A stretch of 62,749 bases of DNA, filler included, from Choristocarpus tenellus KU-1152 (GCA_964200185.2; 11 parts of 11 records of this genome joined end to end with filler, not necessarily neighbours in it), one strand, 5' to 3'; numbered from the whole stretch's first letter, positions 1-13,985 are shown. Program-made: numbers and translations. The notes: generated from the letters alone by a model not told the origin.

Positions 1-22
1 GGGGGGGGGGTTGGAAATAGGA

Positions 23-79
<57 letters not shown>

Positions 80-194
80 ACAACTGGTGTTAATTAGACA
101 ACACAAAGGCTACGATGTGAACTCATTCCTTACACAAGTCGATAATAACACCACACTATTAACACGTGGGAGGCGTGTTAACTCTAGAGCTCAC

Positions 195-3100
195 CCCGCT
201 TCCGCCGATACCAAGTGCGTGTGTCTCATTCTCAAGTGATTGCACGCCTCCCTCTGCATAAACTTTGTCCACACTGGCCAGGTAGCTCTCTCCCCACCCC
301 CCGTTGGGATTCTGGTTCCTGGTAGACAACAGAGAGAGAGTGGATTCAAACCAGTTAGTTGGGGGGGATCAAGGGTGCCAAGTTGAAATTTAAAAAAATA
401 CTATTTCCAGAACATAATAATATAAAAATAAAAACGCACGTAGTACTCTCGAATTCATTCATAAAAAAAAAAACTATAAAAATTACAAATACTTCAATCT
501 CCCTTTCAAATAAAAATAGGGTTGGTGGAAATATTTATGTATATATGTAGTCATATATATATTAAAAAAAAATTAGGAGGAGTTTCTTCTCGCTGGTCGA
601 TACAATAGAGATTATCGAACAACTCTGACCACAAAAGCCTTCCTCTGGATACAAAATAAATAAAAATACAACAAAATGAGAACAAAATAAAAAAAAACAC
701 TCTTCTTAGCAGAACCCGTATCTGAACCATCCCCTGAACAACACCCAACAAAAGAAACAAACGGCATATAGATATCCACTCCTCTGTGTGTACAAATAGC
801 AACACCTAACCCCAACCCTAACCTATGACTGCCATTCACATTTACTTCCTCCCCCACATACCCCCACCTTCCCATTCCAGGCACTGCATGGAAAGAAAGA
901 ACCATACAACCCGACAGATCACCGCTGACTTGAAAATTGAATAGAAAATCGTCACCCAGCGGAGAAGAAATGACTTGAATAGTACTTGAAAATTGAATTT
1001 CCATGTACTTAACCCTAACCCTAACCCTAAGCAATTCGACACATACTGTCAATGTATTTTTCTTGTTGATAGTCATACTGTAACGACCGACTGAACCTGA
1101 ACTGTAATAAAAATGCTGGTAGGGCTGTGTATACAAACAGCACACTACAGTATATATCTTAACGTCAACAGTAAGGGCCAGAAATTAAAAAAAAAAAGTA
1201 CTGAGTACCATCAACGTACTACAGTGTATATCTTAAACGTTACCGTTATGAACCATAAAAAAAGCACCAAGTACCATTTTTTTTTTAAATTGAAAGTAGC
1301 TTCACCCATACTCCTTCTGTGATGTCATCGACGACGACAGACGCCTCTACCCTCCCACCAAAACCAAAGGCGACAGAAACAAGGGATCAAAGTTCCTTCG
1401 TTTTATTTTTCCCCACAAAGCTTCACATGACCCAAAATTAACATGACGGTACACATCTAACTTCTCAGAACAATTTTATATCAGTGCGTTATCTCCAGGT
1501 TTCAAAAAGTTTAGACATGCTGGCTTTCAACATTTGCCTCTTGGGGTATCTATCTATTGCTTGACACCATCAGCCACCCTCTTCTCATCTTCACAACAGA
1601 TCCCCTCAAATAAATCCTCTCTTGCTAACCTAACCCCCCTTACCATTCACTCACTCACCCAATCCGGTTCTTCAATCGCTTGACTCACACAGAAATCGCA
1701 ACTGAAATTGGAACCATTTCATCACAAGAACAATTAAAAAAAAATCGTGTTCAAAAGGATAATAATATTGTAACACACACAAAACACACACACTACATAT
1801 TATTATTATTATTGTTACGCTCTTCGTTCTGGGGCATTCAACTCTACTTTTTAAATCCACATCATTGTTATCATTTTCCACAATTTACTTCCCACAGGTG
1901 CTAGACATTGATTCTTTTCTTTTCTTTTTTTACCTGATCAAAAAATCAACAGCACGAGTGATGAATGGACTGTTTGGGAGCTCTCCAGCTGCAATGAGCC
2001 CCTCGATGCCAAACCAAGTGCCTGCGGTAAATGGATACAAGGAGCAATAATACACCAACAATAGAATAGATGTAATATGAGTCAAGATTTATTTTTTTTC
2101 TACGAAAAGTGTGTGCGATATATGGGAGTGGAAGGATATCCTTATTTTTTTTCCAAGTGGTATAATTTTTTATTTTCATTACCTGCTTTAACAATAGGGT
2201 GGCTCTTATAGGTGCAGCAGGGTCCGTAACTCATGGTCCAAAAAAAATGACTCTTTATATGCTGGACACACGCGCTTCGAAGCTTGCTATTTTTTTTTAA
2301 TCTAAAGTTGGCAATGGAATTAGGGCTAGAAAAAAATTACACACAACTATAAATAAAATAAATAAAAATAAAAGAATGCACGAAGAAAAAAATAAAAAAT
2401 AAAAATGGAGGTGCTAATTACGAAAGACCAGGAGTTACAAACCCAAGTTCCAAGGGGGTAAGGTAGGGCTTTGACCGCAAAGCTAAGAAAGATTGAATTG
2501 AACTATGATACTGAAGTGTTGAATTGAACGCATGGGATTAGTTGTTTTTTATCAAGTACATTTTTTTTTGTGTTGAGAATCGAAACAATTTAGGAACATT
2601 TACTGAATCGACTTCAAGAGTGACCTACACGCAGGAAATGTAAAAACAATTTAGGAACAATTTAGGAACACACTTGATTAAAACTGAAGAGTTTGTGTGT
2701 GCGTGTGTGTCCCAGATGTGAGGTGAGGTGGCCATTAGGAAACACTGTAAAAAAGGTCAAGAAAGCCAACAGCGCATGGTGCACTTGACAAACAAACTAT
2801 AAAAAAATAATTAACGTAGTCCAATTACTACAACTACAATTCTAACTACCAGAACGCCTTCGATTATGATCGCAAAACTGTTCTCCAATGAAATTAGTCG
2901 ATTCGACTGAAAAAAAAAAACGAAGACATTTCACAACGCTCACAACCCTAACCCTAACCACAGATTCCACCAATGAGATTACCTTTTTCGCCTTAGTCAC
3001 CACTTGCACAAAGTTGTAGCTTCTTAGCAGAGGTGAACAAGAACCCTAACCCTAAGACACAGTGCCACCGTGAGATGTCCAAGGACAGGGACCTAGACTT

Positions 3101-4587
3101 GATAGTGTTCCGACTACTGATACGTTCGACACGCATTTTTTTTTTTAAACCCGATCGACTTCTCTTTTTTTTCTGTTGATGTTTGAAATTTAGACTTTAA
3201 TATATATACTAAAAATAAAAAAAGATATTTAAAAAAAATTGACTTGTAAATAGAAAAATTGTGCGCGAATATTTTGAGCAGTAGTAATAACGCCTATTCG
3301 GCACTATCACAGTTACAAACAGTTACCATCCTCGAGTACGCCACTTCTTCCAAGAACATCCAATACTTAACATCCAATACTTAATTGAGGCAGCTCAACA
3401 CACTTTAACCTAAGAGTGTGTCAACACTGGAGAACCATAGTGACATAACCAGACCCACATAGGAATCAACCCCTTTCAGTCTGATTAAAAGTTAAGGGAG
3501 TTGACTTTATGGTAGCGGTACTGAGGGGGGGTCAGGTTTATTGAATTAAAGATATATAAACAAACCATTCCCCTTGTCTTGGCTTTTTCACCTCCAGTGC
3601 ATTGATGATCGTATCTTTAATGAGTAGATTCAAAAATAGGGCAAACATTAGTCCCCCCCCCCCCCCCCCCCCCCCTGGGGAAGCCCCCCCCCCCCCCCTT
3701 TGAGCGACCCCCCCCCCCCAACCCCCCCCCCCCCCCCCCNNNNNNNNNNCCCCTTTCTCAGGGTACATCCTCCACCCACCGTATGTGAAGCACACACCCC
3801 AGGATCCATACCAGCTGCCATCCTTTCTCTGGATAGACTTGAGGAACCTGCGGCCTCTCACAACAGCCCTGCATACCCACAGTAAGTAGATAAGAGGGAG
3901 TCCAGCCAGCAGAGTAGTTTGGAGTTGGTGTTGGGGGCTGATGGAGGTCTTTGCCGTGCTCAAATTTTTGAAACTCACGTTGGTATTATGATCTCAACAA
4001 AGGGAGAACCACCAAGTCCCTCTGGGGGTACTTGTGCACCTGTTTCATGTGCCACAATGACAGTATACCCTGTGATGTCATCAATAACACAACACCTGTG
4101 TTCTATCAATAGTGTTACGATCTAGACCTTCGAAAGTCATCCATGGGTGTGGTGTTGTAGCATGAGCTAGGGTTAGGGTTAGGAATACTTGACTGCAACA
4201 CTCCGTGCAGTCTCTGATGCAGACATCGCCGCCTTACACATACACTGCCTCTGTATAATACAAAACCCGAAGCATGCGGCACATTTTTGCCCCCAATGTA
4301 TTGCCAATAACAAGCTTAGATCCATTCAACTGATAATCTTACCCCTCCAAGCCACACGTCCCTTCTTCTCGTGTATGCCCAGACCATAATGCGCATCAGA
4401 CACTCCATTGTCAAAAAGAGGTACAGGAGCGGTACTGCTTTGTCACCTGTCAATCTCCGCCGCTCTGTGATCTTTGAATTCCTTCTGGAAGGAACGAAGA
4501 GCTGTCAGGCAAGCAGAGGAGCACTCCACGTAGGAGTAGTCAATCATGATGTCACCAAAAGTCTCAGATGGATTGAGAGACTCATAC
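195..4587 (-). CDS. Oxidosqualene cyclase (cycloartenol/lanosterol synthase family), partial. Four C-terminal-half exons: 4587-4447, 3868-3780, 2021-1934, 318-195
   Basis: Spliced translation [108 protein letters not shown] has QW-type repeats and the [13 protein letters not shown] motif. All introns are GT-AG and phase-consistent. Product specificity (cycloartenol vs lanosterol) cannot be read from these exons. Confidence 0.93.
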
Positions 4588-4614
4588 CTTGCACACGACG
4601 GACAGAACACACCA

Positions 4615-4697
4615 ATAAAAATAAAAATAAAGATAAATATAAAAATAAAGATAAAAATACAAATAAAGATAAACATAAAGATAAAAATACAAATAAT
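4615..4697. repeat. AT-rich microsatellite (AAAAAT/AAAGAT)n in an intron
   Basis: Directly visible 6/12-nt periodicity. It explains the spurious KIKIK/FIFIF ORFs. Confidence 0.85.
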
Positions 4698-5157
4698 AGT
4701 GTTTGAGATCGTGTTGTTTGGGTTTGTGAAACTGTAAGGACAAATAAGACAAATAAAATAATAATACCCTTCGATGAGAGTCGCATGTAACCACTAACAA
4801 CCTCACTAACGACCTCTCTTGCAATAGATAACAAGTTATAATAAATAATATTAATGCTTGAGTGTGTGTTGTATGGGCAGTGGTTTGTGAAACTGTAAGG
4901 ACAAGGAAATAAGACAAGATTTAAAAAAAAAATCAAAGAGAGTTCGTCAAGATTATGCTTGACCATTTGTGAGAATGTGATTAAGTATTATTTTATGTAC
5001 GTACAGAAGATAATGCAGGACATTTGGGATATTTAGGGTTAGGGTATTTGACCAGAAGTAATCGGCGGACTATTAGAGTCAGAGTGTTTCTGACGTGTAC
5101 TAGAGATACGTTGAGTCATTTGGTATTCTGAGTCATTAAGTGTAAGGACTGGTGAGC

Positions 5158-5257
5158 NNNNNNNNNNNNNNNNNNNNNNNNNNNNNNNNNNNNNNNNNNN
5201 NTTAATTAATTAANNNNNNNNNNNNNNNNNNNNNNNNNNNNNNNNNNNNNNNNNNNN
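5158..5257. other. Artificial contig spacer N44-TTAATTAATTAA-N44. Repeated at 9531-9630, 14440-14539, 17833-17932, 20588-20687, 24410-24509, 36167-36266, 45931-46030, 51828-51927, 56040-56139
   Basis: Ten identical 100-nt blocks with a core giving stop codons in all six frames. Confidence 0.98.
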
Positions 5258-5483
5258 ATTTGGGGGCCAAAATCCAATGTTGTGATTTTGATGTAATTTT
5301 GGGTATCATGTTTGTTAGGAAGTGTCAATATACATGTTCTGGACACACCCTTTCATAACGTATACATTTTACCTACTCCGAATCATTTTGGAGTAGGAAA
5401 ATGTCATAAAAAAACCCCATGGGAAGCCAAACCCCAAATGGACAAACAGGGCGAAACTCGTACCCTCTAAGATACGTTCACTT
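5258..5483 (+). mobile_element. MITE family copy (Sola2-like), left end truncated by contig break
   Basis: Reverse complement of the 34250-34503 copy. It has the internal TTTACCTACTCCGAA..TTTTGGAGTAGG hairpin and the terminal TACCCTCTAAGATACGTTCACT. Confidence 0.85.
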
Positions 5484-5534
5484 TGACGATAAAACCTATC
5501 CACGACAGAGCCAAAATCAATTTATATGTAGCCA

Positions 5535-5710
5535 GGCTTGGACCCTTTCGCATTCTAAGTCACCTTTCTTTCCCTGTGTAACACACTCTATTTCATTGCT
5601 ATATGTGCACAATGGTCTACGCAAAATTGATGTTCCCCCTTTGCACACACAAAGTGAAACCACAATTAAGCAAATGCTATTTTTGGAACTGTACGAAATC
5701 GCGCCTTTGC
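5535..5710 (+). repeat. Dispersed repeat (~180 bp), second copy at ~50506-50680
   Basis: Co-linear shared blocks such as GCATTCTAAG, CAAAATTGAT(G/A)TTCCCCCTTT(G/C)CACACACAA and AAGCAAA on two unrelated contigs. Confidence 0.75.
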
Positions 5711-5873
5711 GCCCCTTGTTGGGATCCTTGAGCTGCAACCCAGCCTACCTCTCACTTGATTTGACTTAGCTTCATGCAACAAGCCACAGGTTTGTAGCTA
5801 TTGTCTTTGAGGTTATTTCGAACCCCACTTTCCACATCCTTACTATAGGCCCTCAGAGAACTTGTATCCTCAC

Positions 5874-7060
5874 CAACTCGTTGGGAGATGACAGCATGCT
5901 GACCAGGAATGAGGCCACCCCAGCATCAAGCATGACCTGAGGTGGAGTCCGACTAGCAGCCATGGCCATGTTTAATGCAAATCGTGCAAAAGTGAAGTCC
6001 ATGGACGTAAGATGGGGCTGCGCTGTAGCATTTACTAGAAAGCTGTTGGTCCATACAAGAAGAGAAGTGGCAACATGAAGCGAGTGCGGATGTAGAAGCC
6101 ATGTCATTTATGAGCGTGAAGTAGACATGGCAACAATGCATTACACACTTCATTGGAAATGGTCAACATTTTATTTTAGTAAGAACATGGTGCCGATGTT
6201 TCATGATGCATCGACGTGGTTCATTGCAGATGTCGGTCGCACAATATGCTACCTTCAATCTCTTGATGGTAAGGGAAGCGCAGTATTCATTGCGTCTTTT
6301 CATACCTACCCATTAAGCCACTGGCACAGAATTGCCTTCTCCTCCCTCTCGGAGTCCGCTATCCTCCTTGCCTCTCTTATCATTTCCTGGTTCCTAGCAT
6401 CGTTTGTACTGATCACCTTCCTGAAATGGAACATTTTCAGTACCAGCTCGTAAAAAAGCTGTCCACAGAGCCCTTTACAAGACTTTCGCATATTCCATTG
6501 CAATGGTCAGATCAACTCGATTAATTTGCATGAAATGAAGTTCTTGTGGCGTATATATGCGCAAAATGCTTGTGCTACAGCATTACTCACGCATGCCTTA
6601 ATCCTTACCCACCTGATATTTCGCTCGAGTGAGTGCAATTTTCCATCCATATTATCCATGGCCGACAATAGTTTCGTCTTAAGTTTCACGACAAGCAATG
6701 TCGTTGCCTTGTCCATCTCCTTGGCACCCATAGCCAAGAACTCTCTGTTATCACCGTTGCTTTCCACGTAGATCTGGAAATAGGACCACATCACCGGTTA
6801 TTTCCACGACTTTAGGCCAGCTAGAATACCATGTGGCGTAAACACCAAGGGATGCTAGAAATCTTGTTCGTCGCTTCCATGAACCAATTGCCTTTTGAAC
6901 AGACCTGCCTAATCTTTTTGTCCAATTCCATCTCTTTATTCTTCAGCCCTGGCGGCCTTCCTGGCGGTGTATATCCCTGACCCTGTTCGGGACCCATATA
7001 TCGATTCAGCTGACTTCTCAGTCCCCATAACGGACTGGACACAGAACTCATGGTTGGCAT
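5874..7060 (-). CDS. Hypothetical protein with coiled-coil N-terminus leading into an armadillo-like repeat, 5' part. Exons 7060-6905, 6773-6613, 6420-6310, 6042-5874
   Basis: Four exons join in frame with GT-AG sites (phases 0, 2, 2). The last exon ends QVMLDAGVASFLVSMLSSPNEL, resembling an ARM consensus. Confidence 0.62.
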
Positions 7061-7300
7061 CTCAAAGTTGCAACAAGAAATTTGCGAACAAGAGCAGTGA
7101 TGAAGAACCAAAAGTGTGAACACACCATTTCAAAAAGACAGTTTCACAACTAGCCTATCCAAGGAGGCGTGTGTACCTCTGTTGTGGAATTTATTGATCC
7201 TCTGATGATGACTTGATCATAGTCAACGCAGAGGTCACATCCAGTCCAAGGGTATTGATCTTTCTCACGGGAAGGACAGAAAACCTATCGTGTATAGCTG

Positions 7301-8510
7301 ATGAGGAGTTGGGACCGCCCTCTGTGGAAGGGGTCTATAGGCCTCGCGTTGCAGGTCTTGTTATTTTTCAAGTTGAACTCTTTGCAGGCACTGGACAATA
7401 ACTTGAAGGGACGACAGTTCTTCGACTACGACGAAAACCTGGCAAAGATCTCACTGGTAATGTACAAAGCTCAGTCTCAAACTCTGAACATATGTTGTTG
7501 GGATAATGAATCTCTGCATGCATCTCGTTTAGATGCCAAGACAACACCTGTACACGGACAAACCAACCCAAATATGGCCACCTCACTGTACCAAACACGC
7601 CATCACTTGTGCCGTTGACCTCAGGTATACAGCAGCGCAGCATACATGGAGAATCCCTACGTTGAAAACTGGACATTAGTAAACCAGGACTGCATCAATA
7701 GAACAGAAAGCTTCTTCGTCAACGAGGTTCGGTGGGATGGAGAGACGGCGATTGGTAGTGGTTGGTTGCCTTATAGTGGGAGATTCAGTGCTTGTTAGAC
7801 TGTGTGGGCTAGCATCCTTGCGTTGCCTATTATTCCAAGTGCAATCATACTGTCCTTCCAGTTCTTTCCCGTGCCCTCTGAAAGTCACCTCGAGTTGATG
7901 CCGAGATCGATTCACGCTAGTATCGTTCTAGGAATGAGGTAGTGATGGGTGGGAAACGCAAGCCATAATCACTGACGAGCCTTCAATTACTCCCAACCAA
8001 TGGATAAGCGATCTGAGCCCACCTCTCCGAATCGACCTTGCTCTGATTGAACTTTCGATTTGCCAGACATACAAGGCGGATGGTACCGACGCGTTTGGCT
8101 ACGTAGGTATCGATGTAGCCAGCCAGCTGGTGGTTGGGGCCTTCAAGGGCACAAGCACCTTTCGCGACTGGATCACAGATCTCCACACTTTTCCTCACTA
8201 TAACACAGCTTGCATCCCTGGACTCGAAGATGATTCAGGGTTGGAAGGCCACGTGCACCATGGCTTCTGCTCTTACTACAAGGACCTTGTCGAATTAGGC
8301 CTTGCCGACCGGATCATCCTCCTGGCCACGGAGAACCCAGATTACAGCATCCTGCTTACAGGGCATTCTCTAGGGGCCTCAGCAGCGGCTATTTGTGCTG
8401 CAGATTTGACGCAAAGGCTGGGACTAGAGGGTGAAAGGGTCGTGGTTTACACTCTGGGAGAACCTAGGACAGGGGACGGCGATTTCGCGGAAGGATTAGA
8501 CGGAGCTGTG
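7301..8510 (+). CDS. Class 3 lipase (alpha/beta hydrolase), probably secreted, 3' end not resolved. Exons 7301-7456, 7625-7726, 8067-8510
   Basis: Y-SSAAY, GYVG, AFKGT..DWITD lid, VHHGF, LTGHSLGA nucleophile elbow and YTLGEPRTGD. Hydrophobic N-terminus. Phase-0 GT-AG introns. Confidence 0.9.
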
Positions 8511-9192
8511 GTGAGCGAGTAGCTTGTAATCTCGCTTCTCGTTTTACAACATCCTGATGTTAGGTATCTATTCTGCAATTGTCTGGACGTGAAGTTATTT
8601 GGGGAAAGTGATGTCAATGAATGGGGGGCGGGGTATTGTTAACTGCTCTTCTTCTCCATGTGCCAGTATGTGGTGCACTGCAGGAAGGTACATCAGGTTA
8701 AGGTGCTAAAAACCTATTGCCTGGGATCCGCCATCTATGGATGTTTCGGAATATCGCATTTGAAGAAGTCAATAAGTCCATATAGAAAAGCTCAGGATTT
8801 CTGCTGAATGGTCCTCGTTCATGATTCGCATCCTCAACATGGTACTGTGAAGGGTCTGCAGATGATATATCCCAGACCGGGAGTGTTGTGTTTGGTACCT
8901 TCATCTTGATGAAGGTACTGTCTTTCCTGCAGTTGTCACCTCCCCCTCCTGCTCCGGCATCGGCAATTTGTTGCCAACTATTGTCATAGGAGCTTAATGG
9001 AACACCGAGGATGGTATTGTGGTGTGATATTGACTGTACGAAAATTTTATTTCCACCCCTTATAAACCTATCTGCCCCATCTGCTTCATTCTACGGGTTG
9101 TTGCTGTTTCGTAGAAGAGGACTCAAAATGGAAATGAATTATACTTGAAGTATAGATGCGAACATGATAGGTGCCTGATCAAGAATCGAAAG

Positions 9193-9229
<37 letters not shown>

Positions 9230-9669
9230 TATTGGAATAATTAAAAAAAAATTAAGTCTAGAATGTGTACCATGTGTAGTAAGTGTTTCGAGAAGAAATA
9301 TTTGTATCGCTGAGACCTGTGTTGTGCTCATCTCTGTTTGAATTCTGGCCTCACTGTGCCCCTGAGTCCTGATCCTGCCCATTTACATCTTCCACAAAGA
9401 TACGGACATTTGTACGTACAAATGGCATCGAAGAGTCACAGTTCCTGTACTATTGAGATAGACCCCTGAAGCAGCTTTTAAGATTTTTTTTTTTTAGAAA
9501 ACTGCCCTTTTTAAAAAAAAAATAGAACCCNNNNNNNNNNNNNNNNNNNNNNNNNNNNNNNNNNNNNNNNNNNNTTAATTAATTAANNNNNNNNNNNNNN
9601 NNNNNNNNNNNNNNNNNNNNNNNNNNNNNNTGGACAGCCGCCACCCCCTCCCAGATACTTTGAGCCATT

Positions 9670-10800
9670 TATCCTCTTAACCTTGCGTCCAGCGTAGAAC
9701 ACTTCAACAGTACCCAATGGTAAATGTTCGTTTACTACACATGTTCAAAAGTAGTATGAGACACATCCTTCAGACTTCACCAAGCAATGCCCATCCAAAG
9801 TGGTCGTGAACTATTTACTAGTTCCACTAGTATGATTCCTACAATGAACCTGGAGCAATTACGCAAGGAACAGGAGTCCGAGTTTGAACCATATTTCAGT
9901 TATTTCTAGGCCCCCAGTGTCATCCCACCACTTCATAAGGAATAGAGACAAGGTCTATGTCATTTTGTTTCCTTCATACAACGGCGAACTGTATCGTTAG
10001 TATTTACCAGCTCACCTTTGTAGGACTTGTTGGTAATTGGTGTTGGGATACACGTGGACATCCCTGGCCTTGTTGACTGAGTGTAGCGTAGAGGTCAAAC
10101 ATCGATACCGGTGTACACACTTACAGTCAAATACATCATCAAAGGAGATGTACTCGTGTGACACATCATCTTCACCCAAGGATTCTCGAACAAGAGGATG
10201 ATATTTAGAGACCACTTGGTTGTTCCTCGCTCTTTAGTCCGTTTTGTACTCCGCGGTTGACAAGAACATGCGTTGTCTGGACGCCACTTAGGTTTCAAAC
10301 CCACGTTTTATAAGATTTTAGACTCGTATATTGGTGGCTAACATTCAATATTGATATTCGCAAATGCTGCCGTGATTGTCAAACTCCCCAGACGCGCAGG
10401 ACTGCTCATAACAAAACTACTCCTCCCCTGGCCATATACCCGTTGACAGAACATTTCAACGTCTTGGTATTGAGTTGGTGGAGTACGAAACACGTTCCCC
10501 TGCAGCAAATGGTGTGATGTGCTCATACCTCTTGTCTGTCATTGATCACCTCACTCGATTTGTTGTGCTGTGCCATGTTCCAAACAAAGAGGCATCAGCT
10601 ATTATTGCTCTTATGATGGTTGGTAGAACCCAAATTTTAAATTTTGACCCACCTGAGTTGTTTCACTTCGATCAAAAGGTACCGAATTTTAAAACAGAAT
10701 CATTCTAGAGTTGCAGTCTGTATTTGATTATAATAACAGATCCCACAATGCTGTGAAATGATTGCAGCTTATCGTGCAGCAAATGGATTGGATAAGCAGT
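9670..10800 (+). mobile_element. Heavily decayed Ty3/Gypsy chromovirus pol remnant related to the element at 14540-16608
   Basis: Broken frames retain SGRHLGFKPTF, YWW, YLLSVIDHLTRFVVL..VPNKE and FDPPELFHFDQ. After a deletion comes PQCCEMIAAYRAANGLD, matching PECAEMIAAYRDENKLD of the other copy. Confidence 0.82.
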
Positions 10801-13639
10801 AAAATTCTTGTCCCAAGCACTCTTGACTTAATAATCGTGTATTTTTAATGGTACCATACTCCTTTATATAATCTTTATATCTTGCATTGCCGTAATTATA
10901 TAAATGTCAGAGGGCATAATAATAAAATATAGAGTATCTTGTGAATGTAGAGGTTTTGGATATATGTCAGGTACAGATCCCCACCAATCATTTCTATAAC
11001 TAATCTGTCTTCGCCCAGATCTCGTGTTAACCGCATGCAATAATAAAAAACTCATACAGCGGTTGACAGTTTCGTTAGACAATCGTTTGTATGTCATCTT
11101 TGTCATAGATGGGTATAGTCTATGATCTTGAAAAAGAGATAAAATAACTGAAAACAGACCTCAGTCAATCTTTGTAGGACCAGCTTTGACTTGAAATCTT
11201 GTGCTTTACCAAGGCCAAATACTAAACCTTTGCGAATAGACTATACAAATATGTTGGTGGATGGGTAGATAAATTAATGTTGCTTGATCTCTCAACTCTC
11301 CTCGTTTGCATGAGTGGACACATGTGGTGGTGAGGAGACTGTATCACCGGGAACATTAGCACACTGGTGTGTGCCAGAGGTGGCTGTTCATTACATTGTG
11401 GATAGTTTTCATGAAACATATTGATTTTGATCATCATAGAATGACTAACCTCAACAAAAAATAAAGATTCGAGTTTACCACTAGGTAGGTAAGTGACGGA
11501 GACTTCAGGTGAGTCACATTTGTTCTTTGTTCTTGAGTGGTATGATCCCCCCCGACATGATGTAATGACAGTATGATCACCTCGTATCGTAAAAAAGAGT
11601 TGATCTACCAACATTGTATACTCTAGTGTCCACTTGGAATATCTTAGTCATTGTGAACAATATTTCCAACCATACTAGATTGTGAGAATGGAGAAGTGGC
11701 ACACATTATCTATCGGTGATCTTGTCTGCTGTGTTGACTTTGATCACGCACACATGGTTATGTTTCCGCGCATCGGAGTGTTGATCCAAATCATTACGTA
11801 GCACTCATTTAGCATCGTCAGATCACAAACACTTGTCAACAGTTGTTGATATCTTAAACGTTTGCTCCTGATATCCCCTTTCTTGAACATCCTTTATTTA
11901 TAGTACAAAATACAAGATACCTAAAATGGTGCACTCATATCCAGACCGATCGCTTTGCTGGTCCCATGCCCTCAGACCTTGACCACGAGCTTGATGAAGC
12001 AATGCTGACCACATCCCATCAACGTCACTCGTGTTTAGACTAACTGATATGCTGATCTCACGCACTCAGACCTCTTAAAGTTTAATTAGTAAGCTGACCA
12101 CATATCATTAACACTTGGTTAATGATACCCTGATGCGATATTCACTAATGTGCGTTTATATATTACACTTCGTTTTGTATTAATGAGGTCATGTAATATA
12201 ACGGTACAATAGCATACCACATAATAACCTGTTTTCCATTTTGCTCCCAGAGTTGTTCCCATCCCAGGTCACTTTTTGGTTGTTGACCCCGAATCATGTT
12301 TACATGGTTTCGAGGCCAATTAGAAGGGAGGGAGACGGAAACCAGGACTATCTGTTTATAATACCGTCCATACCGTGTCACACATATCGACATACCGATT
12401 GGTGTTTTTTTCTGAGAATTTCGGTTGAACTCTGGAGGATTTATGGAAGGATAGGTTTCCGTGACTTCCTGTGAAGTCTCTTCAGAATGAGCACTTTTTC
12501 CGAAGATGAATCTCACTACTCTGAGGAGTTCTTTCCTGAACCCCATCCGAACCATGATCCTCCCCACTCCCTCAGTCCTTTCCCTCTTCTCCAACCCTTA
12601 TCCTCAACCTCTTGGTTACGGTTCGTCTTGGTCTGTCTGGTCCATCTTTCCCAGTGACCCTCTTCACCTCCCTTGCCTGAATGAATGCCGCCACGTAATC
12701 ACACTATCTATTCAGAGTTGACCTAGATTATAATGCTTTGGATAGAGTGTGTGATACGCAATCTCTAATAAATAGGTTATAGAATTAGACACCAAAACAA
12801 CACTATTCAATAGAATGAAGGGGCTGGAGTCTAGAGGTCATCAGTGTTTTGATTTTGAATCAGGAAGGACATCAAGTTCAGCATAGGATACCTTCTTGTC
12901 GTATCATTACTTGGAGGGTTTGTGTTGCCCACGAATTCCAGATCAATAACATAACCTCTCTCTGGTTTGTATATACATTCCACCCCTCATCAACTCACGC
13001 CGTACCACACCAACTCCACACCACCACCTTGTTACTACCTCAACTATGCGCCAAACTTCCTCATAAGGTATCTAGAAAATGGTATCCACTTCCAAACTAA
13101 TGCGTCCACTTTTTACGTATTCTCCCCACGCCAATCTGGCCAATTTCCACGGATCCGCTCCCACACCACCAATCCTCCGAAACACCCCATCTCCATCCAT
13201 AACACTCCACATTCATCCATAACACTCCACCTTCGTGCACTCCAGTACTTTGACGTTTGAATTAAAAGACACGTCTACCTCACCTAAGCTTGACCTCCTC
13301 CTCCCACCAACATCCCACTCAGTCGTGAGCAGTCGAGAGGGTGAGTAGGTGGGAGAGACTGTTCAGAGGTTGACTTGAGTCTGCCCCCGTAGTCCTTCAT
13401 CAAAACCTTGGACTTTGTCCTTCTTCTCTTTCCTTCCTTAGGCTCTGCCCCTCCAACGCCACTCATTTCTATTAACTTCCTGACTACCAAATCTGCTTTC
13501 AAGTCGTCTACTCTTTAACTTTTGTCAACCCTCCTTACCTCCTTATTTTTTTTTGTCAGAACGTCAGGTGGTTTGCTTGTCTATCATGGCAAATTATCAC
13601 GTCAAAAAATAAGGATTACTCCATTAACTGTCCCTTCTT

Positions 13640-13985
13640 CGTCAGGTCCAGCAATTAGCATATCCATGATCATAGACCATTTAGATGACCACAAGCCGAC
13701 CAGCGGCGCGGCCCCGTCATGTTGGAATACTTGATGGTCATGGACTCGACCATGTTCGAACTTGCTTGTACAGGGCCATTCAGCAACACGGCTATGTTTT
13801 AGTAGTGACAGCCATGAACTCTGCCATTATCGAACTTACTCCTACGCCGCTAGTCAACAGCCCCAGATATGTTGAAGTAGTGACAGCCATGGACTCAGCC
13901 ATGTTACAATACATTTTATCTATGGCCCGCCCAAGTATATTATATTTGACTCTCCAGTCAGCCAGACCGTGACCACCATACCCCA
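13640..13985. repeat. Dispersed repeat built of ~75-bp subunits containing CATGG-N6-CCATG; related copy at ~47540-47795
   Basis: Shared blocks TTGATGG(T/C)CATGGACT..CATGTTCGAACTTG(C/G)TTGTACA and GCCATGGACTC(A/T)GCCATGTTA. Three subunits here, two in the other copy. Confidence 0.72.

Noticed and set aside
1-75. Long G runs here and C/G runs at 3653-3750, 40561-40581 and 51759-51800 as G-quadruplex elements or poly-Gly/Pro ORFs
   Set aside because: They are adjacent to gaps or contig ends, so lengths are unreliable and probably sequencing or assembly artefacts.
1010-1030. TTAGGG arrays as real telomeres
   Set aside because: They are only 2-4 units, internal, and mostly intronic.
4371-4966. 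Overlapping ORFs with KNKDK/FIFIF/YLYFY repeats
   Set aside because: They are translations of a microsatellite; only 4447-4587 on minus is a real exon.
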